DNA from: Lytechinus pictus
Lineage: Eukaryota
Length of the DNA: 64,000 nucleotides
Assembly: GCF_037042905.1 (NCBI RefSeq)
Contig: NC_087246.1
Span: 61,194,001-61,258,000, forward strand
Reading direction: 5' to 3'
Shown: piece by piece, positions 40,001 through 51,500 of the stretch
Layout of the letters: each line of letters begins with the position of its first letter
Position numbering within the stretch: position 1 is the first letter of the stretch
Position numbers and translations under genes: made by a program
Notes under the pieces: generated by a model
What the model saw: the letters and a program-made list of their open reading frames with translations, nothing else
Databases searched by the model: none
Told to the model about the DNA's origin: nothing

Positions 40001-41477
40001 CGAAAACAGTCGTTTTAACATTTTTTGTACCAGCTACATATAGGTGGTTTGAATAAAAATGAATAAAACGGCTGCTTTCTACTCGCCGTATGGCTGCCGT
40101 AGAGCAAATGTGACCGAGGTTTTAGTGTGGATTTAAATCTTAGCCAAGGCATTGATTCCTGTCATCCAGGAGATTTTCATCCACATTGTACTGCACTCTG
40201 GTAAGGTGACTGGGTACTCTGTATAATTTGTGTGTGTGTGTGTGTGTGTATTGCTGGGAATGACAGTTTGAGTTACAGCAAGAGGAATAAGAAATGTGTG
40301 CCTTGAATTCTTGAAATATACAACAGATTACACAACACGAATTATATTCTTTGATAGAATTCAAATGTCTCCCAAGTCTAACAGACTTCTCTGGACCCTA
40401 TAAATCTGAATTAGGCAAATTTACCTGTATTTCATTAAAAATACTCAATCACCAAAGGTATTGAAATCAATATAGAAAGTGTTTTTGAGCATTTTTCTTT
40501 AAGCTGACTTTCTCTTTCTGCTCATTTCCATCAGACATCCTTATTGTAAAACTGAGGAAAGGCCAGGAGCTGAGGTTACGAGCGTATGCCAAGAAAGGTT
40601 TTGGTAAAGACCATGCCAAATGGGTCCCCACTGCAGCCATCGCATTTGAATACGACCCAGACAATGTGATGAGGCATACAGTGTACCCAAAACCAGATGA
40701 GTGGCCTAAGAGTGAATTCACAGAAGTAGATGAAGACACACGTAAGCACAAAGAGTTCAGTAAAACTTTGAGTTTGAAAAAGACTTGCATGACTTCCCTT
40801 ACATAAAGGGTATTTTTCTTATTTGGGGCAATGCATTATTTGATCAGCATTTGCTCTGCAAATTTGTAACATTTTATTTCATTTATTGCTAAACTTTTTA
40901 AAGAGAATATATGTTGAAATTTAATTTGCATAGAGAGCACAGGTAAAGAAATGGTATATTTAAACGATTACCAATGTTAGAAACCAAGTACCTTGTACTT
41001 ATTGATAAAGTCCAGAGCCTTTGGTCTAGTCTTTATTTTATTTTTGTATTTACAGATCTTAATAGTGTCCCATGTGTTTAAACATTGAAAAGAAATTCTA
41101 AATGTTGATTCATTTTGCATGCATGAGTACAAGTTGAAGTTTAATCATTTGCTAAATTAGTATCATGTTTTTTTTTTTTTTTTTTTTTGGGGGGGGGGTT
41201 CATGGATTTGTCCTTAAAAAATACATATCATAGTTGTCCATGCATTGATGCATCTTTTCTTTTTGTTACCACTCCATTTTTCCAAGCAGCACAAGGCAAG
41301 TTTGATGGTGATGCAGTTCCCAATAAGTTCTTCTTCAATGTGGAGTCTATTGGTGCTTTGACACCAGAAAACATTGTTTTCTCTGGGTTATCTGTTCTGA
41401 AAAAGAAATTGAGTGATCTGCAGACCCAGCATAGCCACGAAGCCCAGGCACAGGCCGAGGGTCTAACCATTAATTGA
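30941..41477 (+). CDS. POLR2C: DNA-directed RNA polymerase II subunit RPB3 (275 aa, 7 exons)
   Basis: Exons 30941-31026, 33259-33377, 37567-37619, 38206-38334, 39788-39833, 40535-40741, 41290-41477 = 828 nt. MPYANQP start, [32 protein letters not shown], Zn motif [39 protein letters not shown]. Confidence 0.97.
32575..32990 (+). repeat. Interspersed repeat also present at ~58510-59005
   Basis: Shared TGGTATGCCAATGCAGTACA, AAAATACTAATTTCCA, GAAACTGA.TGTCAAAAAA and AACCTTGTTCATTGAA blocks in the same order. Confidence 0.65.
33259..33377 (+). CDS. POLR2C: POLR2C exon 2
   Basis: CACAG|T; [39 protein letters not shown]; G|GTAAGT. Confidence 0.95.
33509..36690 (-). mobile_element. 5'-truncated non-LTR retrotransposon (CR1/L2/Jockey-group LINE), APE endonuclease + RT, two frameshifts
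   Basis: EN motifs RRDR..GGGV, YRPP, GDFN, SDH; RT motifs [42 protein letters not shown] split over three ORFs; (AAT)n 3' tail at ~33509-33524; antisense within POLR2C intron 2. Confidence 0.93.
36984..37433. mobile_element. PIF/Harbinger-like MITE
   Basis: GGGCAATTCCATAGGTT ... AACCGTGGAATAGCCC termini. Confidence 0.6.
37567..37619 (+). CDS. POLR2C: POLR2C exon 3 (53 nt)
   Basis: TTATAG|GT; [18 protein letters not shown]; AGG|GTGAGT. Confidence 0.93.
38206..38334 (+). CDS. POLR2C: POLR2C exon 4 (Zn-binding Cys cluster)
   Basis: AACAG|GAC; [21 protein letters not shown]...VVP; CCG|GTAAGC. Confidence 0.95.
38751..39702 (+). mobile_element. Second, more diverged copy of the same HINE/pearl-like element
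   Basis: Same 5' end (CCTGCATAGCAGA..CTATAGGCGCCGCTTTTCCGACGGCG), ~162-bp internal repeats and 3' end GCCAGAGGCGTTCCACTTGT. Confidence 0.75.
39788..39833 (+). CDS. POLR2C: POLR2C exon 5 (46 nt)
   Basis: TACAG|GTT; [15 protein letters not shown]; G|GTGAGT. Confidence 0.9.
39966..40115. mobile_element. Palindromic MITE
   Basis: GGTCACATTTGCTCTACGGCAGCCGTACGGCGAGT / ACTCGCCGTATGGCTGCCGTAGAGCAAATGTGACC. Confidence 0.8.
40535..40741 (+). CDS. POLR2C: POLR2C exon 6
   Basis: TCAG|AC; [32 protein letters not shown]...EWPKSEF; C|GTAAGC. Confidence 0.95.
41290..41477 (+). CDS. POLR2C: POLR2C exon 7 (last)
   Basis: AAGCAG tandem acceptor; [32 protein letters not shown]...LTIN*. Confidence 0.93.
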
Positions 41478-41622
41478 GCTACTTGTATGGTATTCACAGG
41501 ACTTTATAGAAATCTTCAAGAGACTCTACGTTTTGAGATTAACATCAGTGGAATGGAATGGGAAGAGAGAGAGCAAGCAAGAAGGGAAAATCCAAATTTT
41601 ACTGCTAAAATGAATGGACATT

Positions 41623-43260
41623 GGCCCGTATCCTGAAATCGGGTTTAATTCAAGCTTTGGTAAAATGTGGTTTAACTATGGATAGCCAATTGTGGTAGGT
41701 ATCTCTATTAACAGTACAAGTTTAGTTTGTCAGCTCATTTTTAATTCAAATCATTCATAACTGACTTGGAATGATTAATGCATACCTGCCAACCATTCCG
41801 ATTTTGGCGGAATTATACCGATTTTTCGACCTCCATTCCGAATTCCGAATTTTAAAACCAAAATTCCGATTTTTGGGTTAATCAATTTAGTGCTGAAATT
41901 ATTGAAACGGCTGTATGATGCAACTAACGCATGCACGGCTGTAAGATGCGACTAACGCATAAACGACAGGAGCGCACGGCTACGCAAATACACAGTAAAC
42001 GGCGCACAAACACTGTTAAGTTTGCAGTTCCATTGCAAATGCATGTGAAAATAACGAGCGCACACGCAACGGCCGCACTTAGAGCCGATGTTAGCGTTGA
42101 CTTCCGGAAAAAAAATGGCAGCTGACATCGGCTAGCGAAAGTGCCAGTTTTTAGTGAGGACATGTTTTTACAATCCACGAACATCGGAAAAACCGTTAAA
42201 ATTTCACTTTTTTAGACCCCTTGTTTCCTAACTACGATGTTAAGAATCACCGATGGTGATATTTTTGATGCGAAATATGGTGATTTAGGTAAGAAAAAAT
42301 GACTTTTTATTTGAGGTATTGCCCATGTCGCCGGATGATTTTGTAGTGTGGGAGAGTAAGAGAATGTGTAGTGTACATGTCTAGAGTGTGTTGGTGATTC
42401 GATTTCAGTGGTATATTATAGAGTCGGGCTGCGCTGATTTAACGGCTGCACACCGACGCAGTTACTCTAACTTTTACTAGATCTATGAATTTTAACATTG
42501 ATCTGTACTTTATTTTTTCGAATATTTGTCAAATTTTTGAGGAAGAAAGGAGATTTTCAACTATTGATCTCAATTGAGCCTTCGGAGTCGAACACCAAAT
42601 CTACTTGCTTCGCTTGTCTAAACTCCCGGCGCCCGCCGAGTTGCTGCGCCTCAGCCTCGCCGGCGCACCGCAACGTGCTGTGGTGGGTGCGGGCCGGGCG
42701 GATGCAGCCGTTAGTTTCGGCTCCGTTTTTGTCATGGTGGAAAATCTGCTCAAATTAAAAATGTTGAGAGCTCTGGTGAACAAAAAAAGTTATTCCTTAC
42801 AGATTTAAATGAAAACAAATCACACCTGAATGAAACTGGGTGGGTTTTTGTCACAAAAGTGATATTTTAAAGACCCTTTTAAAATTTTTAATTGATAAAT
42901 TAAAGTCTACTCTACATGTACCTGTAGGTCATCCTCTGGTGTGGTAATGAGGGTAAATTTGCTTTTAAAAGTGTAGGGAAATGCTACTTTTACATGCTGA
43001 AAATGTAAAGAGTCCCTACCGTTGGAGCGGGCCAGACACCCGCTCGGCGCCTTCGTAGTTTTGATACTGATTTTTTATTATCAAAGGTTGGCAGGTATGT
43101 TAATGAAATAGTTCTCATTATCAAAACATGTAGAAAATGGCCAAGTAAAGATAGCAAACATAAGGTGAATGCAATTTGGGAATTTTTGGCTTCCCATATT
43201 TTTAGCAGTTAGCAGAGTTGGACCATGGCCCAAGTTAAACAAGACTTCAGAATATGGGCC
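41623..43260. mobile_element. Harbinger-like MITE (ATT TSD) split by a nested insertion
   Basis: ATT|GGCCCGTATCCTGAAATC ... GACTTCAGAATATGGGCC|ATT. Confidence 0.7.
41781..43099. mobile_element. 1.3-kb non-autonomous DNA transposon, 14-bp TIR, 6-bp TSD
   Basis: TTAATG|CATACCTGCCAACC ... GGTTGGCAGGTATG|TTAATG. Confidence 0.88.
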
Positions 43261-44558
43261 ATTGTGTTTAAGTATTATTAGCATATACTGGAATTATGCC
43301 TTTTGAAAGGGATATTGAAATCCAAGGAGCTGTAACACAGTGAATCTCCTGCCGCATGCCCAAATGCATTGGGATAGTCTTGATACTATACCCATTCAGT
43401 TTCAAAGGCACTGTCACTTTGTTCTAGATTTGTGGGTGACTGTTTTTGACAGTATCTCACACACAGTTGCCCCAGGAGCGCATGCAAATCTGATATGCCC
43501 ACAAAAAAATTTGAACATGCTCAAAACTTGTTTGCGGGCGAGTTCTGGGTGAGTGCCAGCAACTCACAATGCTTGCACAGAACGATGTGACAGGGCTTTA
43601 AGATACTCTTTTTACAAATAAAGAGGAATTCTTTGAAGCGTACTATGTGTTTGAATTGTAGAGTACACAAATATTGTGGTATGAATTATGTTGAAAATAG
43701 TGGCAAAATTTCCCATCTTCCTATTTGGTATGTATTACAATACTACAGTACATGTCCAAAATGTTGCACCCTGGGTAAGGACTCCGGAACTAAGTAAGTA
43801 GTACAGTCTTCAGCTGGTGCTCTTCAAAGTGAATGTGGCGGACTGACTGTAATGTTTCACATCATTTGTTTTCAGTAATCATATATCTTAACTCACTAGG
43901 CCTATATTCATGATGGTCTGGTAATAATTTATCGTGAATATGAAGCATCTCTATCAATTTGATCACCTGCTGTTCTGAGGTTTGGCTTCAGAGACAAAGT
44001 GATACAGCCTCTTTGAAGAACATCAGCTCAAGGCAGAAACCAAATGTAACAGAAATTCTTTAAAAGATTCTAGTATTCAAAAACACAAAATCATCAGCCT
44101 TAATAGGGAAAGTATCAAAATAATTGCCAAAAATAGAAATGCTTTTAAAGTGAATTTCATGCTCATGGTTTTGTTTTTGCTTAGTGCACAGTAAGCAGTG
44201 AGACTAGATTCATTCATGCACAGAGACTGCTTCTACACACAGAGTTTGAAGTCTAGTCTTGTTGCAGACTACTTGGGTATAGTCACACAAGCATATTCTG
44301 TTGAAGAAACTTATGTCCATCGGCTTTGTGACATTATATGCCTTGTGCATACAAGCTCTGTACCTGGGTCGCAATTTATTAGTCACACAAAGCAATGGTA
44401 TCCATCGCATCAAATGGTTGTAAATATATTTTCAAGCAATTGCTTTGCTATTTCAAATTCCATATTATTTGTGTCATTTTTTAACAAGCATTGGTCAATG
44501 AGGGCTAGTGGTGAATATCTGTTTCTGTCATGTAAATTTATCATGTGTATGATTTGTA

Positions 44559-44564
44559 AATAAA
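44559..44564 (+). promoter_or_regulatory. Candidate POLR2C polyadenylation signal
   Basis: AATAAA followed by a GT/T-rich stretch; another AATAAA lies at ~43617, so the choice is uncertain. Confidence 0.3.
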
Positions 44565-46428
44565 TTGTTAGAAAATGAGAAGAAACTCTTCTGTATTGAT
44601 TTTAATGTTTTGATTTCTGAATCGCATTGTTCCTTTAAAAAGAAGCATGCCGATTCTAAGAATTGTGACCATCTGCCTCAAGACTAGCAAGATTCTCTGT
44701 AATTGGCCAAAATAGTATTTTAGTCTTCAAAATTTACAGAGTAGCTTCTCTTCTCCATAGTAGCCAAATTTAAAGATATTCCTGGACTACTGGAAGTTTC
44801 ACTCAAATTGCAATCATGCTGGAGTAACCCTGTGAATTCAACCTTTGTTTTCTCCTTATTCTTTGAAGCTCTCTCTTTTAATTTTCTTCATCGAATAAAA
44901 TACTTGTGTAGGTTGTTTATTGTTGATCAATTTTTACAAGCTATATATCATTTCAAGATGAAGATCTGCTTTTACACACTTAATACCTCAAAATTAATTT
45001 TGGACGACTTATTGTGGGTTATAAGGTGGAGAGTCAATGAAAATCCAAGAGTGATGCATGCTTAATTGGCTCAAACGTGAGTATGCCAGCAATGAGAATA
45101 TCTGGAATGAATGATTTTCCAGGACTTTCCAGAATTTGACAAATTATATGATTTAGTTGCTCCTTGGGGATTGAATTCTTTGTGTTGCAATACAATTTGC
45201 TATGCACATTGTCTGTTGCAAACTACATTGGACTGCTAACAACCTTTTAAAAAGTCCATTACCTCCAAAATTGTTTATCAACATTGAAAACTAAAATTTA
45301 TTCTCAAGATAATTTCAAACATGACAAGCAGCACACAATGGATGCCTATCCGATATTATTTTTTAAAGGGTTATCCCAAGAATGTAAAATAATAAAAGAA
45401 ACAATACAAATATAAAATTACATGTACTACATTTATTGTATTCTGATCACTGCAAATATTAAATATACAATGTAATTCAATCAACATTTGAGCATAATAG
45501 CACATACATTATGCAATTATCATTTTTTAAGTCCAATAAAATTCTGAGCGAATGATATAAAAGCATGAATCATAATTGTCATGATTTACAAGACAGGTCC
45601 ATGAACGAAAGCCAATCAAAACTTAAAAGATGCATGGACTTCTATGTAAGTACATGTAACAAGATAGATATGGAAAAGATGGATATGCAGAAAACCTATA
45701 CTCACCTAAATTACTCGCATGATATTATAGTCTTGTTCAATCGATATGTGAAATTGGTATTTTAATATTTAGACTATCATTTCTTTAGACTGGCATGATC
45801 ACAGTCTGATGAATATCTATTGCATACATGTTAAAACTCACTTTTCCAATATGCCTATTGGCAACTGGGAGAGAATACAAGAATTGAGAGTAAAACATCA
45901 AAATATGACCATTTAAAAGACAAGTCCACCCCAACAATAAAATTATTTGAATTAAAAGAGAAAAATTCAACAAGCATAACACTGAAAATTTCATCGAAAT
46001 CGGATGTAAAATAAAAAAGCAAAAAAAATAAAAATAGCTTTATATATCTGAAAGAGTAATTCTTCTTTATATTATCAAAATGTCAAGTTGTAAAGATGAA
46101 TAGAAAACAAGATACAAGAGTTTCTTTGACACAATTTTTAGCAGACTACCGGTAGTTGGAAGTTTCACAGTGTGCACATCTCATGCTTGAAAGAACCAAG
46201 AACTTCAAACATTGTTTTCTCCTTTATTTTTGGAAGCTCTCACGTAGTTTCTTCTCCATGCAATCAAATAAAGTACATAACTGTTGATCAATTTCATCAA
46301 GTTATATATTATTTAAAAGCTGAGGGTGTGCTTTTTCAAACTCAATAAAAATCTCCACATTCATTTGAGTGACTTAATGTTGACATTGAAACTACAATGA
46401 ACAAATATGGGTAAATCTATCAATCATG

Positions 46429-46873
46429 CCCGGGAGGGCCATTCAAATATATTGCTGTACACACGCGTGACCAAGGAATTTCCAAACACCCCCTAAACGA
46501 GTTTTTCTCTGTGTGCAAAATAACCCCCTAAACAAGTTTTTCCCGGGCTTTATTTACACATTTTGGCCCTAAACAAGTTGTCGCCAAAATATGACCTTGG
46601 GGAAAAAAAAACATACCCTAAACACGTTTGGCTAGTCTTTAAAAGAGCTTTGGGGGAAAAAACATACCCTAAATACGTTTGACCCCGCGATTGACCATTG
46701 ACTAGTCTTTCAAAACCACCCTTTTTCTTGAAAATCAGTGTTTTTGATACCCTTAACGAGTCCACGCGCGGACCACGTCCAAAACTGAAAAAACACCCCT
46801 TTAAACACGTTTTTTTTGGTCACGCGTGTGTACAGCAATATATTTGACTGCCCCCCCCCCCCCCCCCCCCGGG
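46429..46873. mobile_element. CCCGGG-ended MITE with 8-bp TSD
   Basis: CAATCATG|CCCGGG...CCCGGG|CAATCATG; internal IR CAAATATATTGCTGTACACACGCGTGACCAA. Confidence 0.88.
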
Positions 46874-46937
46874 CAATCATGTTACTGTAATAGGTGGGAG
46901 TTCCAATACATACGCAAAATCAAACTGCCTCACTTAA

Positions 46938-47207
46938 CCCTTAACGTGCCATGAACACATCTGTGCATCCACTGGAGTGCCACGAACACATTTTCGTGCA
47001 ATGGTCATACAGCTATTGTTATGCCTACTGCATTCTGAGGAGTGCATTGCATGCATGAGTGATTCCATTGTTCAGTTCAGTTTATGGTCAAGAGGTTTAA
47101 CATTATTGTCTCAGGAGTGATTCCATTTTTTATATAAATAAAGCAATTAAATATAGACTCTGAAAAAAAATGGCACTCGCTGATTACAGTGAATGGCACA
47201 TTAAGAG
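46938..47207. mobile_element. piggyBac-like TTAA MITE
   Basis: TTAA|CCCTTAACGTGCCAT ... ATGGCACATTAAGAG|TTAA. Confidence 0.65.
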
Positions 47208-47304
47208 TTAACAACTAATCTCATGAACGGGGGCTTGGGGGCCATGTAACGCAAACATAATCCCCACTTTTCGAATCCACCTCCTTGGAGTGATTCATGA
47301 GGGC

Positions 47305-47866
47305 CCCAGGGGGGCCACTTACATTGACGAGTGGATACCATGCGCGACCAAAAAAACACGTAAAAAGGATGTCTTTTTCACGATAGGGCACGTTACGTAC
47401 GTAACGTGATAAGGGTGTCAAAAACACAAAAATAATGAAAAAAGGGTATCTATTTCGCTAGGACAATTACGTGTTTAGGGTCGAATTTGCGGGGATGATA
47501 AAACAAAATTAAAATGTTTTATAAAGGATGTCCTTTTTGCCCCAACACTTCGTGTTTAGAGTCCAATTTGCGCGAGGTGTAGAAGATGGGGTCGTACTAA
47601 ACCAAATTAGGTAAAGCCGACGACCGAAGGACCCGTAACAATAAAACATTCCTGTACTTGTTTAGGGGTTCATTTCAGGGAATATTTGGCAAGAGTATCG
47701 TTTTGTTTCCAATACTTGTTAAGGGTAGGGTTTCACACGCCAATACTTGTTAAGGGGTGCATTTTCAGAATATGGAAATTACGTGTTTAGGGCCCTTTTA
47801 GGGTGCTTTTCGAGACCCCATGGTCGCGCATGGTATCCACTCGTGAATGGAACTGGCCCCCCCGGG
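47305..47866. mobile_element. CCC(A/G)GG-ended MITE with 8-bp TSD
   Basis: ATGAGGGC|CCCAGG...CCCGGG|ATGAGGGC; IR ACGAGTGGATACCATGCGCGACCA. Confidence 0.88.
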
Positions 47867-48020
47867 ATGAGGGCCAATATATCCCTTTGTGCCACAGCCA
47901 GTGGTGATGGAATACCTTTTATATGTAATGGTGTGTGGCTCTAAATCAACCAACTTAATATGCAACAGTCAACTATAGACCCAAGTTTTCATCTCCACAG
48001 GACTGTCTTGCTCCAGCAGG

Positions 48021-48485
48021 GTTTGAATCCTGACCTTGTAGAACCATGGTCTTAGAGTAGCTTACCACTAGACCTCTACGTGTATGGTTGTGTGTAATGT
48101 TTCATCTCCAGTTAGCTTCTTCTCCATCACGGTCACTGAGTTGTAATACTCTCCCAGGCCGTGCGTGGTAAGAGAGCAGATCAGTTTGAATCCTGACCTT
48201 GCAGACTTCTGGTCTGAGAGTAGTATACCACTAGACCTCTACGTGTGTGGTTGTGTGTAATGTTTCATCTTCAGTTAGCTTCTCCATCACGGTCACTGAG
48301 TTGTAATACTCTCCCAGGCCATGCGTGGCAAGAGAGCAGATCAGTTTGAATCCTGACCTTGCAGAGTTCTGGTCTGAGAGTAGTATACCACTAGACCTCT
48401 ACGTGTGTGGTTGTGTGTTATGTTTCATCTTCAGTTAGCTTCTTTTCTCTCACCATCACTGAGTTGTAATGCTCTCCCAGGCCAT
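48021..48485 (-). repeat. ~160-bp tandem triplication spanning the OTUD6B stop codon
   Basis: GTTTGAATCCTGACCTTG at 48021, 48184 and 48344; each unit carries CACTGAGTTGTAAT(A/G)CTCTCCCAGGCC. Confidence 0.9.
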
Positions 48486-48502
48486 ATGCATGATGGTGGT
48501 AC
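48418..48502 (-). CDS. OTUD6B: OTUD6B exon 9 (catalytic His loop, stop)
   Basis: TTAATTAG|G; YHHHAYGLGEHYNSVMVREKKLTEDET*. Confidence 0.93.
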
Positions 48503-51500
48503 CTAATTAAAAGGTAGATGGTTGAAAACAATTTGGTGTACAGAATAAAGCTATCCTTCATTGTGCTAATCCCTTTTGCCCAGCTCACACTATGCGATTC
48601 GTTGCGACGTGATTTGTCAAGAAATCGCATTTTGCATTAAATGTGAAGTTCCAAGAGGTAAAATTATTTTATTTAAAGTTTGGCATAATGTTAGTAATAC
48701 TAAAATCATATTTTTACTTTGCAGCAAGCCCTGTGGTCAGAGTAAAGTGCAAATTGGCTTCAAGTCGCAGCCGATGATGACGTCATTACAACTCGATAAG
48801 TGTGAGCCAAGCTTAAGTCACAATTGGTGTAATTGCCAGAAGGTCTAACAACCACTTTGGTTATTCATAATTTAGTCAAATATATAACCATTTGTTGGAT
48901 ATAGCTGAAGTGATAATGCCACATAAAATTGATTCATTTCAAACTGGATATTAGACAACTGATAGCTACATGTAGAAGAAATTGAAATTAGACAAAACGG
49001 GAAGTACATGATCAGGATCCCGAAACACAAAGCTTAGCAATTAATCCTACGGTTGATTTTCATGATGATGATTGATTGTACATTGTAGTCTATGGAATCA
49101 ATTGTAGAAAGATGTTCTACGATCATTGCTAAGCTTTGTGTTACGGGCCCCTGTTTGTACACAAACTGAAGTTAGACAAATACATTACAGTTTAAAGACA
49201 AGATGAACCAGCACACTTATACAGCACCATCTCTAGTCCTCAACTTCTCAATTCTGGCCAGGATCCTAACCCATAATGCAACATTCTGAGCAGTCTAGTC
49301 TTACAATTAAGGCCCACATGAATAATATCACACTGATTCCCTACTCAATACAATAATTACAGTATTAATACTTACGATCTTTAAGGTACATTTTACGACT
49401 AGCTTTTTATAACACACAGTCAATGACAGACCACACAAAGTGTTAGTCAGTTTGATGAGTATGTATTGAACAACACCATCCATTTCATCCTACAAAAATA
49501 TAAAACTGGGGTGTAAGTGGTAACATAAAGTTGTAACATAAAGTTGTACAGTTGATTGCAACTTAATATGCACGTATTACCATGTTACGCTTGATTAATT
49601 AATCTTATCTTATGAAATCAGCCCTCGGCCATGTAATATGATAAAATCAATTGTAAAATAAAGCGTACATGTAAGACTATGTAAACAAAAGTTACAATAG
49701 TAAATATTAAGCATAATCTCTTTATGTTACACGGTGCCAATCTGATGGGGTTTAGTTTCATTTACACATTAAATATAGGAATCAGCCTGTCCAAATGTTC
49801 AGTACCAGTAATAAAAAAAATAATGACATTTTGAAATCTAAATTCCACCTCCCCACCCCCTCATAATAAATACACATACATGCAGGATTATTCAACCTTG
49901 TGATATAACGAGTATAGATACTTTGTATAGTATAGATTATTTAAGAAATGAAAAACACTTGTAACATCAACCAAATAATAAACCTGCATGTATCAGATTC
50001 AAGACAATACAATAGCCTTTGATTTTATAAATATTTTTCATTTTTTTCATTCACGCATGAACAGAGTCGGTCAGTAGGTTAAAAACACTATAAACACAAT
50101 GTGTCATATAAGTGTCTGAATTTTAATCTGTAAAGTTAATGGTAGGATTTGTTTTTTTAATGTCATTTATATGATCTTGGATTGAATTACAAAGTAAATG
50201 GAGTAAATAAAAAATTGTTGATTGATCAAGCAAATTTCTGGTAATGTCATTTTCATACCTTTCTATGATCACTGAATCATAACTTGTAATGCTTTGATGA
50301 TCCTTGCTTGTTCATTCAGAATTTTGATCAAGGACATAATATGACTTACTTTGATATATGATTCATAATATTTCAGTTGGCACTACTAATTTTGGAATGT
50401 GTTTCCAGAAATAGAGATAAGAGAAAATTTCCTCCATTTAATTCACACTAGGGTTGTCGAGATTCAATATTCAATTTCAATTCCTGACATAATTAATTAT
50501 AACAATTGAAATATTAAGAGTCATCTAATGAAAGGATATCATTTTATCAAAAATATCCCAGTCCGAACTTAATGCGACAATTCAAATCCACACATTTCTT
50601 ATGCATCCATCATGTAAAAGACTATGACAAGAATGAAGATCCATACTTGGACTAACAATGTTGTCCTTATGTCTTTATTATATCTAAAGATGTGTCTGTG
50701 TAAAAAGCACTTTTTTGGCTGAAATTTGTATTTTTCCCTCTAAAAAAGTACTTTTTGTTTCAAAGTTGAAAACAATGTGGCAGGGTTAGGGGTTATGAAA
50801 TGGGTCATCAATACATGACACCACCACAATGTCTGACTCATTCACTATTGGCCTGGGGCTGGTGGCTCAACTTACCCCGCCTTCCCCTACATGTATATGC
50901 AAATCAGTCATATTTATGTTTGATATAAAAACAAACCAAAATTTACTTACGATAACATGATAGGCTGGGTATCGAAGTGTTCTCCAATTTTCAGTAGTGG
51001 ACCTTCTGCTTGCAGCACTTCAATTGGTGTCTTGTATATCTCTGTAATTGCTTTCATCTGACAAACATAAACAAATTTATTATACTGTAACATTAATGTC
51101 TTACGGCCGGTAGAGGGCCGGGCAGCAAGTAAAATATGGCCGCGGTATAATTTGGGGGAGATCGTTTCGAGCTGTCGTAAAGAGAAGACGTGTAAAGCAA
51201 AGCACTATGAGTAAAGTCATTATAACTCACTACAGAATCCATGGGCAGAAATCCCAGGGGGGATGCGTCCCCCCTACCCAAGATAGTAGGGGGGACACAA
51301 TATCAAATTCTCCCCTACTATTTTTGGTCTTTTACGATGGAAAGAAATACATCATTCAAAATCGAAATAAAACATGTATTTTCGACGAGATGACCTTACT
51401 TTTTGGGTGATAACCTTTTTTGTTTGCTTGTTAAACTTATTTTGGTTGAAATGACTTCATATTTGTTGTGATAACCCTTTTTTTCTTTTTTTTTTTGCTT

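Noticed and set aside
41924-42808. Small ORFs as transposase
   Set aside because: Short, on both strands, with no DDE or zinc-finger motifs.
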